Shown here: piece after piece, positions 13,603 through 26,395 of the stretch
Layout: every line of letters starts with the position of its first letter
Numbering within the stretch: the first letter of the stretch is position 1
Source of the DNA: Octopus sinensis
Taxonomy: Eukaryota
NCBI RefSeq assembly: GCF_006345805.1
Contig: NC_043013.1
Coordinates: 55,490,001 to 55,554,000 of the forward strand
Reading direction: 5' to 3'
Length of the DNA stretch: 64,000 nt
Program-made: the position numbers and the translations under genes
The notes under the pieces: generated by a model
What the model saw: the letters and a program-made list of their open reading frames with translations, nothing else
Database searches by the model: none
What the model was told of the DNA's origin: nothing

Positions 13603-13716
13603 TTCCCTGCTATCCCCATTCTTCCAGTCCTTCCAAGCCTGTCTCTTTTCTCTAATAGCCCTGTCTACAACATTGTTCCACCACCACGTTATTTTAGGTC
13701 GAGAGGGGACTTTGCA

Positions 13717-14395
13717 CTAGCCACAGATCTGCTCAGTGGCTCTCAGCAAGTTGTCCCTTAGAAACCTCCAGTTGTCTTCTACCCCATGTGAAGCTATATC
13801 CCCTTCTACTTCGTCAAACATTTCAAGTAATATGTCCCTAAATCTCTGTCCAATTGCAGGATCTTTAAGCTTCCTGATCCTTCTTCTCCATGTTGGTCGT
13901 CTTCTGGTCGTCCTCTTAGTCCTGATCCTAAAGTCACTAACTACCAGTCTATGTTGTGGGGTACATTCTTCGCCTGGGAAGGTTTTGGCATTTATAAGCA
14001 GCCATCTTTCCCTTTTCCTGGCAAGGACGTAGTCAATTTGGCTAGTATGTCGACCCGATCGGTAGGTGACCAGGTGGCTGGTAGGTTTCCTGAAGTTAGT
14101 GTTGCAAACCATAAGATCATTTGCATCGCAGAACTCCAGCAGTCTGGTTCCCTCCTCGTTGCAGGAACCATAACCATAGCCTCCATGTACACCATGGAAG
14201 CCCCCAGCATGCTTTCCAACATGCCCATTGAAATCACCAGCCACAAAGAGAAGGTCTCTGTCGTTCGTCAACGAGGTAGTCTGCAGTAGGGCATCATAGA
14301 ATAGGTCTTTCTGTCCATCGGGTAGCCCTGGCTGAGGGGCATAGGCCGATATAGTGGTTGCTAATCCATGTATTCTGTCACGTACTCTGATTTTC
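13717..14395 (-). pseudogene. RTE apurinic-like endonuclease, C-terminal part
   Basis: ORF 13717-14271 plus its upstream extension. It is truncated at the 5' end and ends in a premature stop. Confidence 0.9.
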
Positions 14396-14696
14396 TTCTT
14401 CTGTACTTTACCAGATGTAATAAGTTGTCCTGAACTTTTCCAAGTCTAATAACTTGTCCTGTAATTTTCCAGGTTTATAATCTTAAGAATATTATTTCTA
14501 TTACTCGCATTTTTCCACATAATCCGTGTATTTTCCAGGCTATGCTATTATGCTAATTAATAATGTGTTAAATGTATCAATTAGTGGAGTAGTTGATAAT
14601 TTGTTCCGTGTCTCAATGATGCCTGTGACAAATATTAAAAGTCCCCTTACAGAACTATATTCATAAAAAAGTATAGAATTATATATAAAATTATAT

Positions 14697-15115
14697 AGGC
14701 GTAGGAGTGGATATGTGGTAAGTAGCTTGCTTACGAACCACATGGTTCTGGGTTCAGTCCCACTGTGTGGCACCTTGGGTAAGTGTCTTTTACTATAGCC
14801 TCGGGGCGACCAAAACCTTGTGAGTAGATTTGATAGACGGAAACTGAAAGAAGCCCGTCATATATATGTATATATATATATATGTATGTGCATGCTTCTG
14901 TGTCTGTGTTTATCCCCCCCAACATCGCTTGACAACCGATGCTGGTGTGTCTACGTCCCCGTAACTTAGCGGTTCGGCAAAAAAGAGACCGATAAAAGAC
15001 GTACTAGGCTTACAAAGAATAAGTCCTGGGGTCGATTTGATCGACTGAAGGTGGTGCTCCAGCATGGCCACATGCACATGACTGAAACAAGTAAAAGAGA
15101 AAAGAGAGAGTAAAG
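14697..15115 (+). mobile_element. SINE family A, full-length (~420 bp, internal (TA)n)
   Basis: A/B-box-like head ggcgtaggagtgg..gtggtaag..gggttcagtccc, then caccttgggtaagtgtc and tail ggtgctccagcatggcc...gaaacaagtaaaaga. It recurs many times in the window. Confidence 0.85.
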
Positions 15116-15750
15116 AGTATCACTCTCAAATTTGAGAAACAAACACTCGTAACTTGTTTCTTTTAAAGCATCATTGCATGAGATTGTTACCATGAAATTA
15201 CTCGAACAGAGCTCTATCATTTAAGCTTTATTTGATTTAAAATAAAAAAAAGTTAATTATACCTAAATCCAATTTTTTGCCTTATTTATATTTTTCCTGA
15301 TATTTTACCTCACAACTTTTTTAATACAAATTTTTGTTGCATGGGAACAAAACTATGAAATTCTTCATGCTTTCTTCTATCATTGAAACTAAGATAAATA
15401 TATTTTACTTTTAAAATAAAAAAAGTTATTTAGATCTAAACTTGATTGGAGGTGTTACTTACTCTCCTAAAACACTGCTACATATTTTGATTTAACCTTT
15501 TTTCTACTGGACCAAATCTCAATTGTTTATGCCAAACTGTAGCTAGGGACCAGTCCTCTTCAAAAATATTAATAGTTTTCAATTTGCTCAAGAACTAAAT
15601 TAGCATTAAGCTCTGAAAGATGCTGCATGTGAGTAAATTGCAACCTTAAGAATATTATTCAACTACCACCATAGTTGAATGATATTTTGCTCATCTAATC
15701 CAAGCAGCTTTATTTCTTTATTTGCATCATTCTCTCTCTCTCCCTCTATC

Positions 15751-15797
<47 letters not shown>

Positions 15798-16706
15798 ATT
15801 TGTTATTCTTTAAGAAATGTAATATTGACAGTAATTCCTAACTTTCAGTCAGTCCAATGTCATTACATTGAGTCGTGCCTGTTTATGGGAAAAGCATAAG
15901 TTAGGCATTTGATAAATAGAACAAGAACGTAAGTACCAGCCCAAAATAAATATTGGGGTATGATACAATCAATTTTACCCATGAAGGTAGTGCTCCAGTA
16001 TGGCCATAGCCTATTTGCAGAAGTAAGTAAAAGTACAAAAGAATAAAAGTTCTTAGTCTGCTTGGCTTCTTAACATAAGAATTCTTCACATTCTACCAGA
16101 GGTTTGCCTTGAAACATATGCACAAAGAATTCTTCTTTTGGTCTGTTAGAAAATATTGCACTTTGTCACCTCTTAAATAGAATCTCATCATATTCTTACA
16201 AAAGAGATAGAATTCTGTGTGTTGGCATCCCTAATTTGGTTTCATGGCTGAATTTGTATTTAAATATTTCCCTGAAATCAAATTTTAAGCCAAATATTTG
16301 ATTGATCAGGAAACTAGAATTGTCGAATTGTAATGTTGCTTTCTTTAATTAATATCTTTCACTGCTTTGTACAGACATTCCTCCTCCTCCTCCTCCATCC
16401 AAACTTCCCTTCTCATCATCAGCCTCCTTATAGGAAGGCAGCTCATAATAGATGAAATCTTATACATTATTCTATACAAAAGATGAAGATGTGTTCATAG
16501 ACAACAGATTCAATGATAGTACTATGCTTTGATTTAAGCCAAGATACTTCATATAGATTCTCTGTTAGCATCAATGCAACTACAAGGAATCGGGGTTATT
16601 TCCCTGGACAATTTTCATCCCTTTATCATTTCACAAACAAAAGTAAATAATCTCGTACATTGGCTTCATAGACGACCAATTGGAAAACAATTTTTATCAA
16701 CATACC

Positions 16707-16939
16707 TATTTCTTTACCACCCACAAGGAGCTAAACACAGAGGGGACAAACAAGGACAGACAAATGGATTAAGTCGATTATATCGACCCCAGTGCGTAAC
16801 TGGGACTTAAATTATCGACCCCAAAAGGATGAAAGGCAAAGTCTACATCGGCAGAATTTGAACTTAGAACGTAGTGGCAGACGAAATACCGCTAAGCATT
16901 TCGCCTGGCGTGCTAACATTTCTGCCAGCTCACCACCTT
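16707..16939 (-). mobile_element. SINE family B, complete, with target-site duplication
   Basis: Reverse complement matches 46058-46294. Flanks atttttatcaacatacc (16690-16706) and atttttaccaacatacc (16940-16956) form a 17-bp repeat with one mismatch. Confidence 0.88.
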
Positions 16940-16959
16940 ATTTTTACCAACATACCACC

Positions 16960-17170
16960 TCCTACCAGAATTACTCCCGGAAGTCAATTTCCAAGGCAAT
17001 GGTACAAAAGAGAACAAGAGATGGTATACCGTAGTATCATTCTAAATACTTCATGTAGTTTCAGCATGGCGGAAACAAATGCAACCTTTGTTTTGATGAG
17101 AAATTCCTCAAGTTGGACCGGTGATCATCTACCCTAAAAGCAAAATGTCTGAGTTAATATCTACTGGCCA
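16960..17170 (+). mobile_element. Possible Penelope-like GIY-YIG endonuclease C-terminal remnant
   Basis: Frame reads GGNKCNLCFDEKFLK, resembling the C.LC..EK motif of PLE endonucleases. It is heavily decayed. Confidence 0.4.
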
Positions 17171-17815
17171 TCCTAAGAACTTTTTATTGGTGCATTAGAA
17201 ATATTTGCTAGAAACAGAAGACTAATCGTCCTCATATTATACCCTTGCACCTTACAAAGGGAAGGTTGCATTGGATAATGCAGTGCCAGATGTGCAACAA
17301 GCAAATAAAGAATTAGTTTGGCTGGTACACAATTCCTCATTGGTTTATTCAGCCAAGACTGACCAAGAGCTACCCTGAGTCTTATGGTGCTGCATAATAT
17401 TATCAAAACAGAGAAGCTAATCACTCAATTAACATTCACTATTAATTAAAAAAAAACACTTGACACAATATCGAGCTCAATATTTTGATGGTGATTACTT
17501 AAATGAAAACTTCCCACCCACTCCCTTCTCTACTCCCCTCTCTCATCAAATGGTCGTTAAAAAGCACAAAGGACAGAACATAAAAAACAAAATTACTGAA
17601 CAGATGTTTGACTCATATATTTAAATGTAATATACGCACACACTCATATATATACATATACACACATATGTATATGTGTGCGTATATATATACATGTATG
17701 TATGCATATATGTATATGAATGTTTGTGTGTGTGTATATACATATATAAATGTATGTGTGTATGTTTATGTGTGTGTATAAATACATATATATATATATG
17801 TATATGTGTGTTTGC

Positions 17816-17856
<41 letters not shown>

Positions 17857-17869
17857 CACACACACTATA

Positions 17870-18030
17870 TATAGGTGCAGCCATGGCTGTGTGGTAAGAG
17901 GCTTGCCTCCCAACCACATGGCTCCACGTTCAGTCCCACTGTGTGGCACCTTGGGCAAATATATTCTACTAAAGCCTCAGATTGTGAGTGGATTTGATAG
18001 ACAGAAACTGAAAGAAGCCCATCATATATC
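17870..18030 (+). mobile_element. SINE family A, 5' half
   Basis: ggtgcagccatggctgtgtggtaag...gttcagtcccactgtgtggcaccttgggcaa...gaaactgaaagaagccc. Confidence 0.8.
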
Positions 18031-18039
18031 AAAGCACAA

Positions 18040-18490
18040 TCTTCAAATGTTGGACCTCACAGAGGCAATGACAATCAACTGAGACCATCGGTGAAAAGAC
18101 CCATTGAGCCTAGTGAGATCAAAGTCATGGCTGATGCCAGTGCTGTCTGACTGGCACCTGTGCTGGTGGCACATAAAAAGCACCATTTGAGCATTGAGCC
18201 CATGGAGGCAGTGACAATATACCATGCTTGTGTAGACCTGTCAAGCCAAACAAGACAGTAGTTGTGGCTGATGGCAGTGTCAAGCCTGTGGCACCTGTGC
18301 CACTGGGATGTAAAAAACACCCACTACACTCTCAGAGTGGTTGGCATTAGGAAAGGCATCCAGCCAAACCTTGCCAAATCAGACTGGAACCTGGTACAGC
18401 TCCCCCAGCTTACCAGTTTTCAGTTAAACTGTCCAACCCATGCCAGCATGGAAAGCAGACGTTAAATAAGATGATGATAATGATGATGTA
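18040..18490 (+). mobile_element. RTE 3'UTR/tail copy with gtgc-ggtggcac modules and (GAT)n end
   Basis: Matches the reverse complement of 11091-11530. Confidence 0.75.
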
Positions 18491-18654
18491 TGTGTTTGTT
18501 GAGTCTGTATTTGTCCTCCATCACCACTTGACAACAGGTGTTGTGGTGTTGGTGTGTTTACATCCCCATAACTTAGAGGTTGATAGAATAAGTACTAGGC
18601 TTACGAAGAATAAATCTTGGGGATTTGGCTGTGTAAACTTGCTATATAATTATG

Positions 18655-19050
18655 TTGGTTAGGGGTCAGTGCCATTGCATGGAACTTTGGGTGTTTTCTT
18701 CTACTATTGCCATGGGTCAACCAATGGCAGGCAGAAACTGTGTGGGACACAATCATATACGTGTATGTGTGTGTGTGTGTGTCTGCAAACATATATACAT
18801 ATATTCATGCACACATACATAAATATGCATTCATATGTATATGTTTTAGTGTCTGTGTGTATCTCCCTTCCCCTGCTTAACAACTGGTGTTGGTTTGTTT
18901 ACATCTGTGCAACTTAGGAGTTTGGCAAAAGTGACTGAAAGAATGAATAGCAGACATTCAAATGTAAAAGTACTGGGATCAGCCTATTTTATTAGACTGT
19001 TTCAAGGTGGTGCTCAGGTATGGGCATGGCTTTAGTTCTAAGTAAGAAAA
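18655..19050 (+). mobile_element. SINE family A copy (degenerate)
   Basis: CORE-like segment, internal (TG)/(CA) tract and tail segment as in 14697. Confidence 0.6.
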
Positions 19051-19090
19051 AAATAACTAATAAAAAAAAGGGGGTAAGTTGAAAAATATA

Positions 19091-19909
19091 CAGGGGTCGA
19101 TGGGCAAAATTTCACCATTTCATATTGTTAATTTCACATATGTGCATTGTTTGTTTTTGTTTTGTCGACTACACAGTATAGTAGGGTCAGCTGGGCACTG
19201 TCTGTGAGAAAAAGAGCATCATGACACAACTCACTCTGCCATAAATTTGGAAATGACATGCTGTACTGCTTGGCAGTGTTTGGTGCCAAATCTGAGGACA
19301 GTGCAATCTGAGGTTATGTCCCGAGTGTGATAAAAATCAAACATCCAGGCAACATCATGGTGTTTCGAGAGATTACTAGTGATGGTGAGGTTATGCCTCC
19401 ATTCATCTTCCCACACAGCCTCAGACTCAACATGGAGGCTTACATCGAGTACCTAGAGGAGGTAGTGCTGCCCTGGGTCAAGAGGGTGGCTGCTAGAAAA
19501 CCCTACATGTGGCAACAGGACTCTGCACCATGCCACACAAGCAAGAGAACCTAGTCATGGCTGTCAGACAATTTCTGCGACCACATCACCCCCTAACATC
19601 TGGTCACTTAACTGCCCAGACTGTTTGATTATTATGTGTGGGGTGCAGTTACATTCCTTGTAACATTAAAGATGAACTGAAGGCAAGGGTTATGGCAGCA
19701 TTCACCAACTTAAACAAGGAGTCCATCCAGAAGAGTTGCAAGGGATTCCAAAGTCGTCAGGAGGCCGTGGTTGAAGCCAAGGGCGATTTTACTGAATAAA
19801 TTAATATTTCAAGATATTTTTATGTAATCTTTGTAAATATGTCTGTTAAAATAAGATGTGTTTTCCTTTTTTAGTGTAATTTAGATGACAGTTTATTCAT
19901 TGCACCCTG
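19091..19909 (+). mobile_element. Internally deleted Tc1/mariner element, DD37D (maT) type, with TA flanks
   Basis: Reads KIKHPGNIMVF.EITSDGEVMPPFIFP...WQQDSAPCHTS, then the WPPNSPD.NP.DYYVW-like region. I counted 37 residues between the last two Asp on the reconstructed family reading. TA precedes cagggg and follows gcaccctg. Confidence 0.88.
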
Positions 19910-19919
19910 TATATATATA

Positions 19920-20830
19920 CTTCAAACAGTGGAAGAGAAGGTACATGTGCCTTGAGGCTTCCCTATAAGAAATAATCTCACATAGACAAATCAGGGGACC
20001 GAGGGTGACAAGGAATGCGAGCAAAATTGGAAATGAGGTGGTCACCAAAGAGAGGGCAAAGAACATCCATTGATACTCTGGTTGTGTGGGCCGTAGTTGA
20101 AACTACACACATCCAATAGGCATACGTTTTCATCATAATTCAGGCACAAAGAAGTTGTTTATCATCTCGAGGCAAAGCTTTGAGTTCACAGTAACAGCAT
20201 TTCCATTATTTTCTCCAAAAAAAGTAAGGAGACCAGACCTTCACTTTCATGCAGTTCTCTCAGATTTTCAAGAGCCCAATAACAACAGTTCTGTTGATTC
20301 ACCATGCCATTCAGAAGAAAATGAGCTTCATCACTCATTAAAAAAATGAGGTTGTCATTTGCTTCAATAATTGCTTCCATCTGATGTGCAAAGTTAAGTC
20401 GCTGTGCATAGTCCCATGGTTTCAACTGTTGCCCAATGACCAATTTGTACAGGTGGCAATGCAGGTCTTCATGCAAAATATGCTTTACTGATCATTTACC
20501 AATGCCAAGTTCAGTGGAATGCCTCTGAGCAGAGCGATTCAGACTTCATATCAAAACTTGTATCACGCGTTCCACGTTTTCCAGGGTCTGTACCATTCAT
20601 GGCACTCCCACTGGTCTCCTTCAAACTCATGTACAAAATACATTCAACCAACGTATGATTGTGTTATGGGTGGAAACAGCCTGATTTCGGTGAATGTTGA
20701 AGTGGCATTGAAATTCATGCTGAACTGCTGTGACAGACATGTAATTCTTCACATCACTTTCGTGGGCAAACACACGATGCTCTATCGTCCACAGCACCAT
20801 GGCTTCACCTGAAAAGAAAGAAAAATGCTA
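19920..20830 (-). mobile_element. Tc1/mariner transposase pseudogene, DD41D (rosa/Visitor) type
   Basis: MVLWTIEHRVFA...; SDEAHFLLNGMVNQQNCCYWALEN; AHTTRVSMDVL.PLFGDHLIS...PRSPDLSM*DYFL. The spacing to the third Asp is consistent with 41, but the second Asp codon region is deleted. Confidence 0.82.
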
Positions 20831-21209
20831 AGACACCACAGACCAAGGGGTACCTGTTGGACTTATGTCCCTCCCCCTGGGGCTAAGTAATAGCCATTTC
20901 AAAAACGTCCATCCTCTCTGCCCCCACCTAGTACATAAATATATACGTGAATTATGTTTTAAAATGTGTCTCTGTTGTATTTGGTCTCCATCCACAATTT
21001 TAGAGCCTATGTTGGTGTGTTTATGTGCTGATAACTTAGCAGTTCAGCAAAAGAAACAAACCAAACAAGTACCTGACTTAAAAATAAGTTCTAGGAAGGA
21101 TTATTTGGACTAAAAAAACTATGCTTTAGCATGGCCACAGTTTAATAACTGAAAAATAGAAATCAAGTAAAAGACTATGTACACACACAAGCACACACAC
21201 GCACACACA

Positions 21210-21415
21210 CATTCTTTCACTTGTTTTAGTCATTTGACAGTGGCCATGCTGGGGCACCACCTCTAGTCGAACAAATCAACCCCAGGACATATTGTTTGTA
21301 AGCCTAGTACTTATTCTATTGGCCTCTTTTGCTGAACCGCTAAGTTATAGGGATGTAAACACACCAACATCGGTTGTCAAGCGATGGTTGCGGGACAAAT
21401 ACAGACACACATACA
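21210..21415 (-). mobile_element. SINE family A, 3' half
   Basis: Reverse complement of the family A tail. Confidence 0.8.
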
Positions 21416-21424
21416 TATACATTC

Positions 21425-22430
21425 CTCACTAAAATTGATGTCAGCTCTCACTTTCCTTCACAGCATCTTTGTACGTAGCCCACACAGCCTCTGCAAGCGA
21501 TTTATCATCAACAAGTGTCCTCAGTAACCTTCTGCATCACTTAGCACAGGATGCTGTCAAACATTTTCTCCAAATAAAGAAAAAACAAACAAATTATGCC
21601 AGGAATAGCAGTTTTATCTTCTCCAAGTATTTCTCTTATAATTGCCTCACTAAGAAGACTGTATCTTGGTTCCTCTTCCAGTAACAAAGCAAAACTGCCT
21701 CTCATCTAGGCCTAATCTATCATGGATGAGTTGGGTCTTCATCACCTGATCAAGAGATTTGATTCTGTTACAGAGGCAGCTCTTTGCTTTTGTATCACTT
21801 TACAGTGATTCTGTGATGCTAGTCATTGAGTATGATTCCTTACTGTATATAACTTGATTAAGTATCTGGGTGGAAATCATATAACCTACTTCACCAGTAA
21901 TTCAAATGTCTTTGCAGTTATTCCTGACGGTCACGTGGCTTTTACTCTCTTTGTATCTTTGCTGTATTTAACATGCTGCTCTCAATTTAAATTGCTGGTT
22001 CCCCTGTAGGTCCAGCTGGAGTAAACCCTCTTTATGCCACCCATTCCCAACATTTAAGAGCCTCTCATGATAGCACTTTCAAGCCACTTTCTTCTCTTCC
22101 ATATCGATGGTGAGTATGCCTTCATCATCCTCAATATACTTCTCACCAATGATTTCTCAATTCTCTCTCACACCCTGCTTTGTCATTCCAAACACCCCAC
22201 TTCCTTCATATTTATGCTGATAAACATGTACAAATCTCTTCCTCTCTGCCTCACCCTTACCCAAATATATCTGTTACTCTTCGCGCCATTAGGGAACGCT
22301 CCTTTCTACTACTTTCCATCCAGTCTCTTCAAGCATGTCTTTTAGTCTTCACTGCTCTGTCAACTCCTGCCGTCATCTTACTTTTGGCTGAGATTTTGCT
22401 CCAGCTACATGGATGATTTATAAACCCAGG
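21425..22430 (-). mobile_element. Old RTE-type reverse transcriptase fragment
   Basis: Minus strand reads TQLIHDRLGLDERQFCFVTGRGT ... LEKMFDSI, parallel to the younger RTE RT. Confidence 0.65.
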
Positions 22431-22509
22431 CAGGTTATTTCAGAAAAATTCCTAGTTGATGCCTATGCTACTTCTATATAAATCTTCTTTCCTATACACA
22501 TATGTATCC

Positions 22510-22744
22510 ATTATTTACATTTTGACGGATATTTATCCTCATCTTGTTTGTTGTTAACACAACGTTTCGGCTGATATACCCTCCAGCCTTCATCAGGTGT
22601 CTTGGGGAAATTTTGAACCTTGAGTTCTCATTCCTAGGGTATTTTTCAATGTTGTTATTGTTATTATTATTCAGGTCACTGCCTGGAATCAAACTCGAAA
22701 TTTTGGGGTTAGTAGCCCGCACTCTTAACCACTACGACATATGC
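22510..22744 (-). mobile_element. tRNA-headed SINE whose tail carries a hammerhead-core-like motif
   Basis: Minus strand: A box tgtcgtagtggtt, B box gagtttgattcc, (AAT)n linker, then CTGATGA-a-GGCTG-loop-CAGCC-GAAAC. Confidence 0.75.
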
Positions 22745-23238
22745 GTCAATTAGAATTTCTCTAAATCTATCTCCAATTGCAAGATCTTTTAGTTTCCATA
22801 ATTTCTTTCTCCATGCCATTTTCATATATGTTTGTGTGTGGACAAATCAACGACAGATGAATGACAAAGACAGGTGGTCCAGCGGAGAGGAAGTGATGCT
22901 GGCAGCACAGAGATGAAGAAGCAGAATGTATTTTGGTGAAGTATTTTACAAACAACCACATCGATACACACAAATTTATACATACATACGTATGTGTGTA
23001 TGTACATGTACACACACACACGCACACACAATACACATGCACGCATGCACATACACACACTCAGTAGTGTTCAAGTTATTAGTTAAAAAAGAAATGTTCA
23101 AAATGCTAACAATATTTCCAAATGGGTAAACTCAATGCCTATATAGCAGTCAAATTTATTACAGCAGCCTGTTCTACTAGTCTTGTTGAACAAGCTGCTA
23201 GCTGTAACTTGTCACTCTGAAACTAATTTCATTTTGTG

Positions 23239-23270
<32 letters not shown>

Positions 23271-24031
23271 TATATATTGATATATATATATATGTATATA
23301 AAACTACCAGTTATTTTATTGCATTTCAATTCTTATATATATAATATATATATGTATACTTATATATACATATTTATTTTTTGCTTACATTTCAAATCAT
23401 GTTTGGTATAATAATATGATTAGCAGCTCACATGTATGGTAAATATTATAATTTATAAAAGGTCTCAAAAAAATATTGCTAAAATATGTCTTTATTTAGA
23501 AATTTCTAGGAAAAATACAAATTTGAAAAGCAGAGAAGTAAAAGAAAGAATGAAAAACCAAAATGAAATGAAAGAAAGCAGCACTCGGCACTTCATATTT
23601 ATTCAGAATGTTGATCACCAAGTGACAATATGCAGCCAGTGAAACCATGATGGAACACAAAAACAAAATGCTTCACGACATTCAATGAATTATAATGGAT
23701 ATTCTGACATGAAAAATGTATTCTTATGAGATTTCTGCAAATTATGTAAGTGTGAAACTGATTTCTCTAGATAGCAAAATCAATTCTTGACATGGACTTC
23801 AGTTCAGTTTTTCTTATACACATACATGTATACACACACACACACACACAAATTTGTTAAGAAACAAAATATAATAAACAAATAATCAATCCAGAAAATA
23901 TATTTTATTTTTATAAATTATCAATAATAACAACAACAACAAATAATAATAATAATAATGATAATGATAATAATAATAATAATGATAACAACAACAACAA
24001 CAACAACAACAATAATAATAATATTAATAAC

Positions 24032-24082
<51 letters not shown>

Positions 24083-24360
24083 GATAATTTCCCTGTAGCT
24101 GCTTTTATAGAATATATTCTATATTGAATTACATCTACATATATTTCTTTCAGCAATTTCTGATTGCTTCTTTTAGAAAAATTTGACAAATTTTTAGTAA
24201 CCAATATTTTTTTTTTTTTTTGCTTGTTTTCTTTTAAGTGTTTCAGATCAAACTTCGTTTTTGCAAGTCAGGTTCACATTGAAACACAATTCTCTGAGAG
24301 GGGAAATATTCTTTTTTTATTACTGTTTCACTGTTGTTCAAAATATTTAATGAGCATAAT

Positions 24361-24403
<43 letters not shown>

Positions 24404-24479
24404 CACATTAGTGCTAAAATTGGCTACATACAGAATGAAACTGCCTGTTTCCATTACACAGTGACAGAGCCACTCGAGT

Positions 24480-24880
24480 CACCCAGTTCCTCAGCATTCC
24501 TCGAATTAACAAGTCCCCAGCACCCATTGTGAACACTCTGCATGGATACAAACGGAATAAAAATGACAAGAGGAATCTCTCTAGCACCTGCTTCCTGAGG
24601 ATTCCTCACTTTAATGAGATGACCACATCTGGGGTCTGTAAGGACGGTTTCAATATTTCATTAGGGGCTGTGTAGTTACATGTCAACAAAAAGAACTCAT
24701 ATGGAACAACAACCCTGCACAAAAATACATGATTTGGCCCAACTGTTTCACATCCTACCGGATAAACTACTGACAACAAATACATCCTCCTTCCACAACC
24801 ACGTGTCCATGCTAGCCACAGAGAGAAATACAGGAAATCTTCATATCAAGGATTCCTTATCACATCTACCATCTTAATCC
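24480..24880 (+). mobile_element. Possible CR1/L2-like LINE 3' end, very decayed
   Basis: QLFHILPDKL resembles the GPxLFNxLP motif at CR1-group C-termini. There is little other support. Confidence 0.3.
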
Positions 24881-25865
24881 AAAGATCAATAATCGATCAG
24901 TGTTGGGCCAGTGACTCCTATAAATTACAAACTTCATCACAGCCATGACCAACATTATCACCACTACTATGATGACTGTCCCTGTAACCTGCTGTGACTG
25001 ATACCATCCCTACTACTGCCAGCAACCACCTTATCACCTCATCACTACCACCTGAACATTTACCACTAATACCTCTCCCTCTCACTCTCACCCTCTTTCT
25101 CCCTCTCTCTCTCTCTACCCTTCTCCTACAGCCTATCTGAATACATCATCTCTCTTCTCCTACAGTCAATGGTAGCATCATTTATTACTACCCTGCTGCT
25201 AGCATCCCTCTAACCACCCCAACTTGCACATCTTCTCCCGTCAACCCTTTCCAATCTTTGTAACCTTTCTCATTCCCCCACTAGTACTGTTCCTACCCGA
25301 GGTACCATCTGGACACCTCATCACTACAATTCATCTTTTTGGAGATACCACCACTTCATCCTCATTCATTTTCTCCTAAACACGAGTAGCCATGTAGCCC
25401 TTCTACAAGCACCTCCCCTAACCCCAACCTCTTCCCTCATAACTTAACCCCCATCTAACATAAGAATGCAGCAAACCCTTCTTGAGTTTGCTGACTTGCA
25501 AAATACATGGTGACCTTAATGGTGTGCCAGAGGTACACACTGTGAAGTGGCTGATGTTTGGAAGGGTATCCAGCCATAGAAAATATATCAAAGCAGACAC
25601 TGGAACATGATGCAGTTCTTGTAATCATTGGATTCTGGTCAAAATGTTCATCATAGATTTTTTCTCAACCAAGACTGACTAAGGGTGAAACCAAAACTTA
25701 TGATGCTACATGATATTAACAAAACTACACAGAGAATCCAGTTACTCAATCAAGATTCTTCAATAGCTAAAAACTGTTTAACTCATGCTACCATGGAATA
25801 TGGACATTAAAAAATGACGATGATGATGATTATGATGATGATGATGATATATATATATATATATA

Positions 25866-25978
25866 TGGCCTGCTCGCTTAGCCAGTGGGGTGGCGTCATT
25901 TGAAGGCTAAAACAATGCGAAGCGCATTGTGACCAGCGATGTGTAGCAACATCTGATAGCCTGGTCGATCATGGTGAT
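25866..25978 (+). mobile_element. Short RTE-tail-related element inserted in (TA)n
   Basis: cattgtgaccagcgatgtgtagcaacatctgatagcctggtcgatc..gtgata is homologous to the LINE tail at 4387-4450 and is flanked by (TA)n on both sides. Confidence 0.6.
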
Positions 25979-26000
25979 ATATATATATATATATATATAT

Positions 26001-26313
26001 GAAGGTAAATATATTTTATAGTTGTTATATTTTTTCTTAAAATATGGTATACAGAGCTGAAGATAGAAAAATGTGCTTCTAAATTTAGTTAATTTTTTAA
26101 AATTGATTTCTTTAGCTTGTACATTAATCAGGAAACCAGTTTTGTATTGACCACAGTAACTAATAAGATAGACTTCATCTATCTAGCCTGTCTTACATCA
26201 TTTTCTTACCAAGGAGAAAAGTCTGTCTGTTTTTATTTTATTTTTTTTTTAAAAACAATGGCCATTCAACACAGAGTTCGGCTTTACTTGTTCTTTCTCC
26301 TTCTCTTTATCTT

Positions 26314-26395
<82 letters not shown>

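Larger units (their letters stand above)
11091..14395 (-). mobile_element. RTE-clade non-LTR retrotransposon, 5'-truncated, with 3'UTR and (GAT)n tail
   Basis: APE endonuclease motifs (ISAYAPQ, GDFNGHVG, IDY, QHRLVVSD) and RT motifs (NYRGIKLL, QFGF, FVDMEKAFDRV, LYTDD), then a ~700-bp 3'UTR ending ggacgctaaacgacgatgatgat. Confidence 0.95.

Noticed and set aside
11789-14289. Plus-strand ORFs overlapping the RTE element
   Set aside because: Antisense shadows of the RT/EN coding sequence with no independent motifs.
22676-22744. tRNA gene
   Set aside because: It has A/B boxes and an anticodon-like arm, but no proper acceptor stem or T-run terminator, and it continues into a SINE body.
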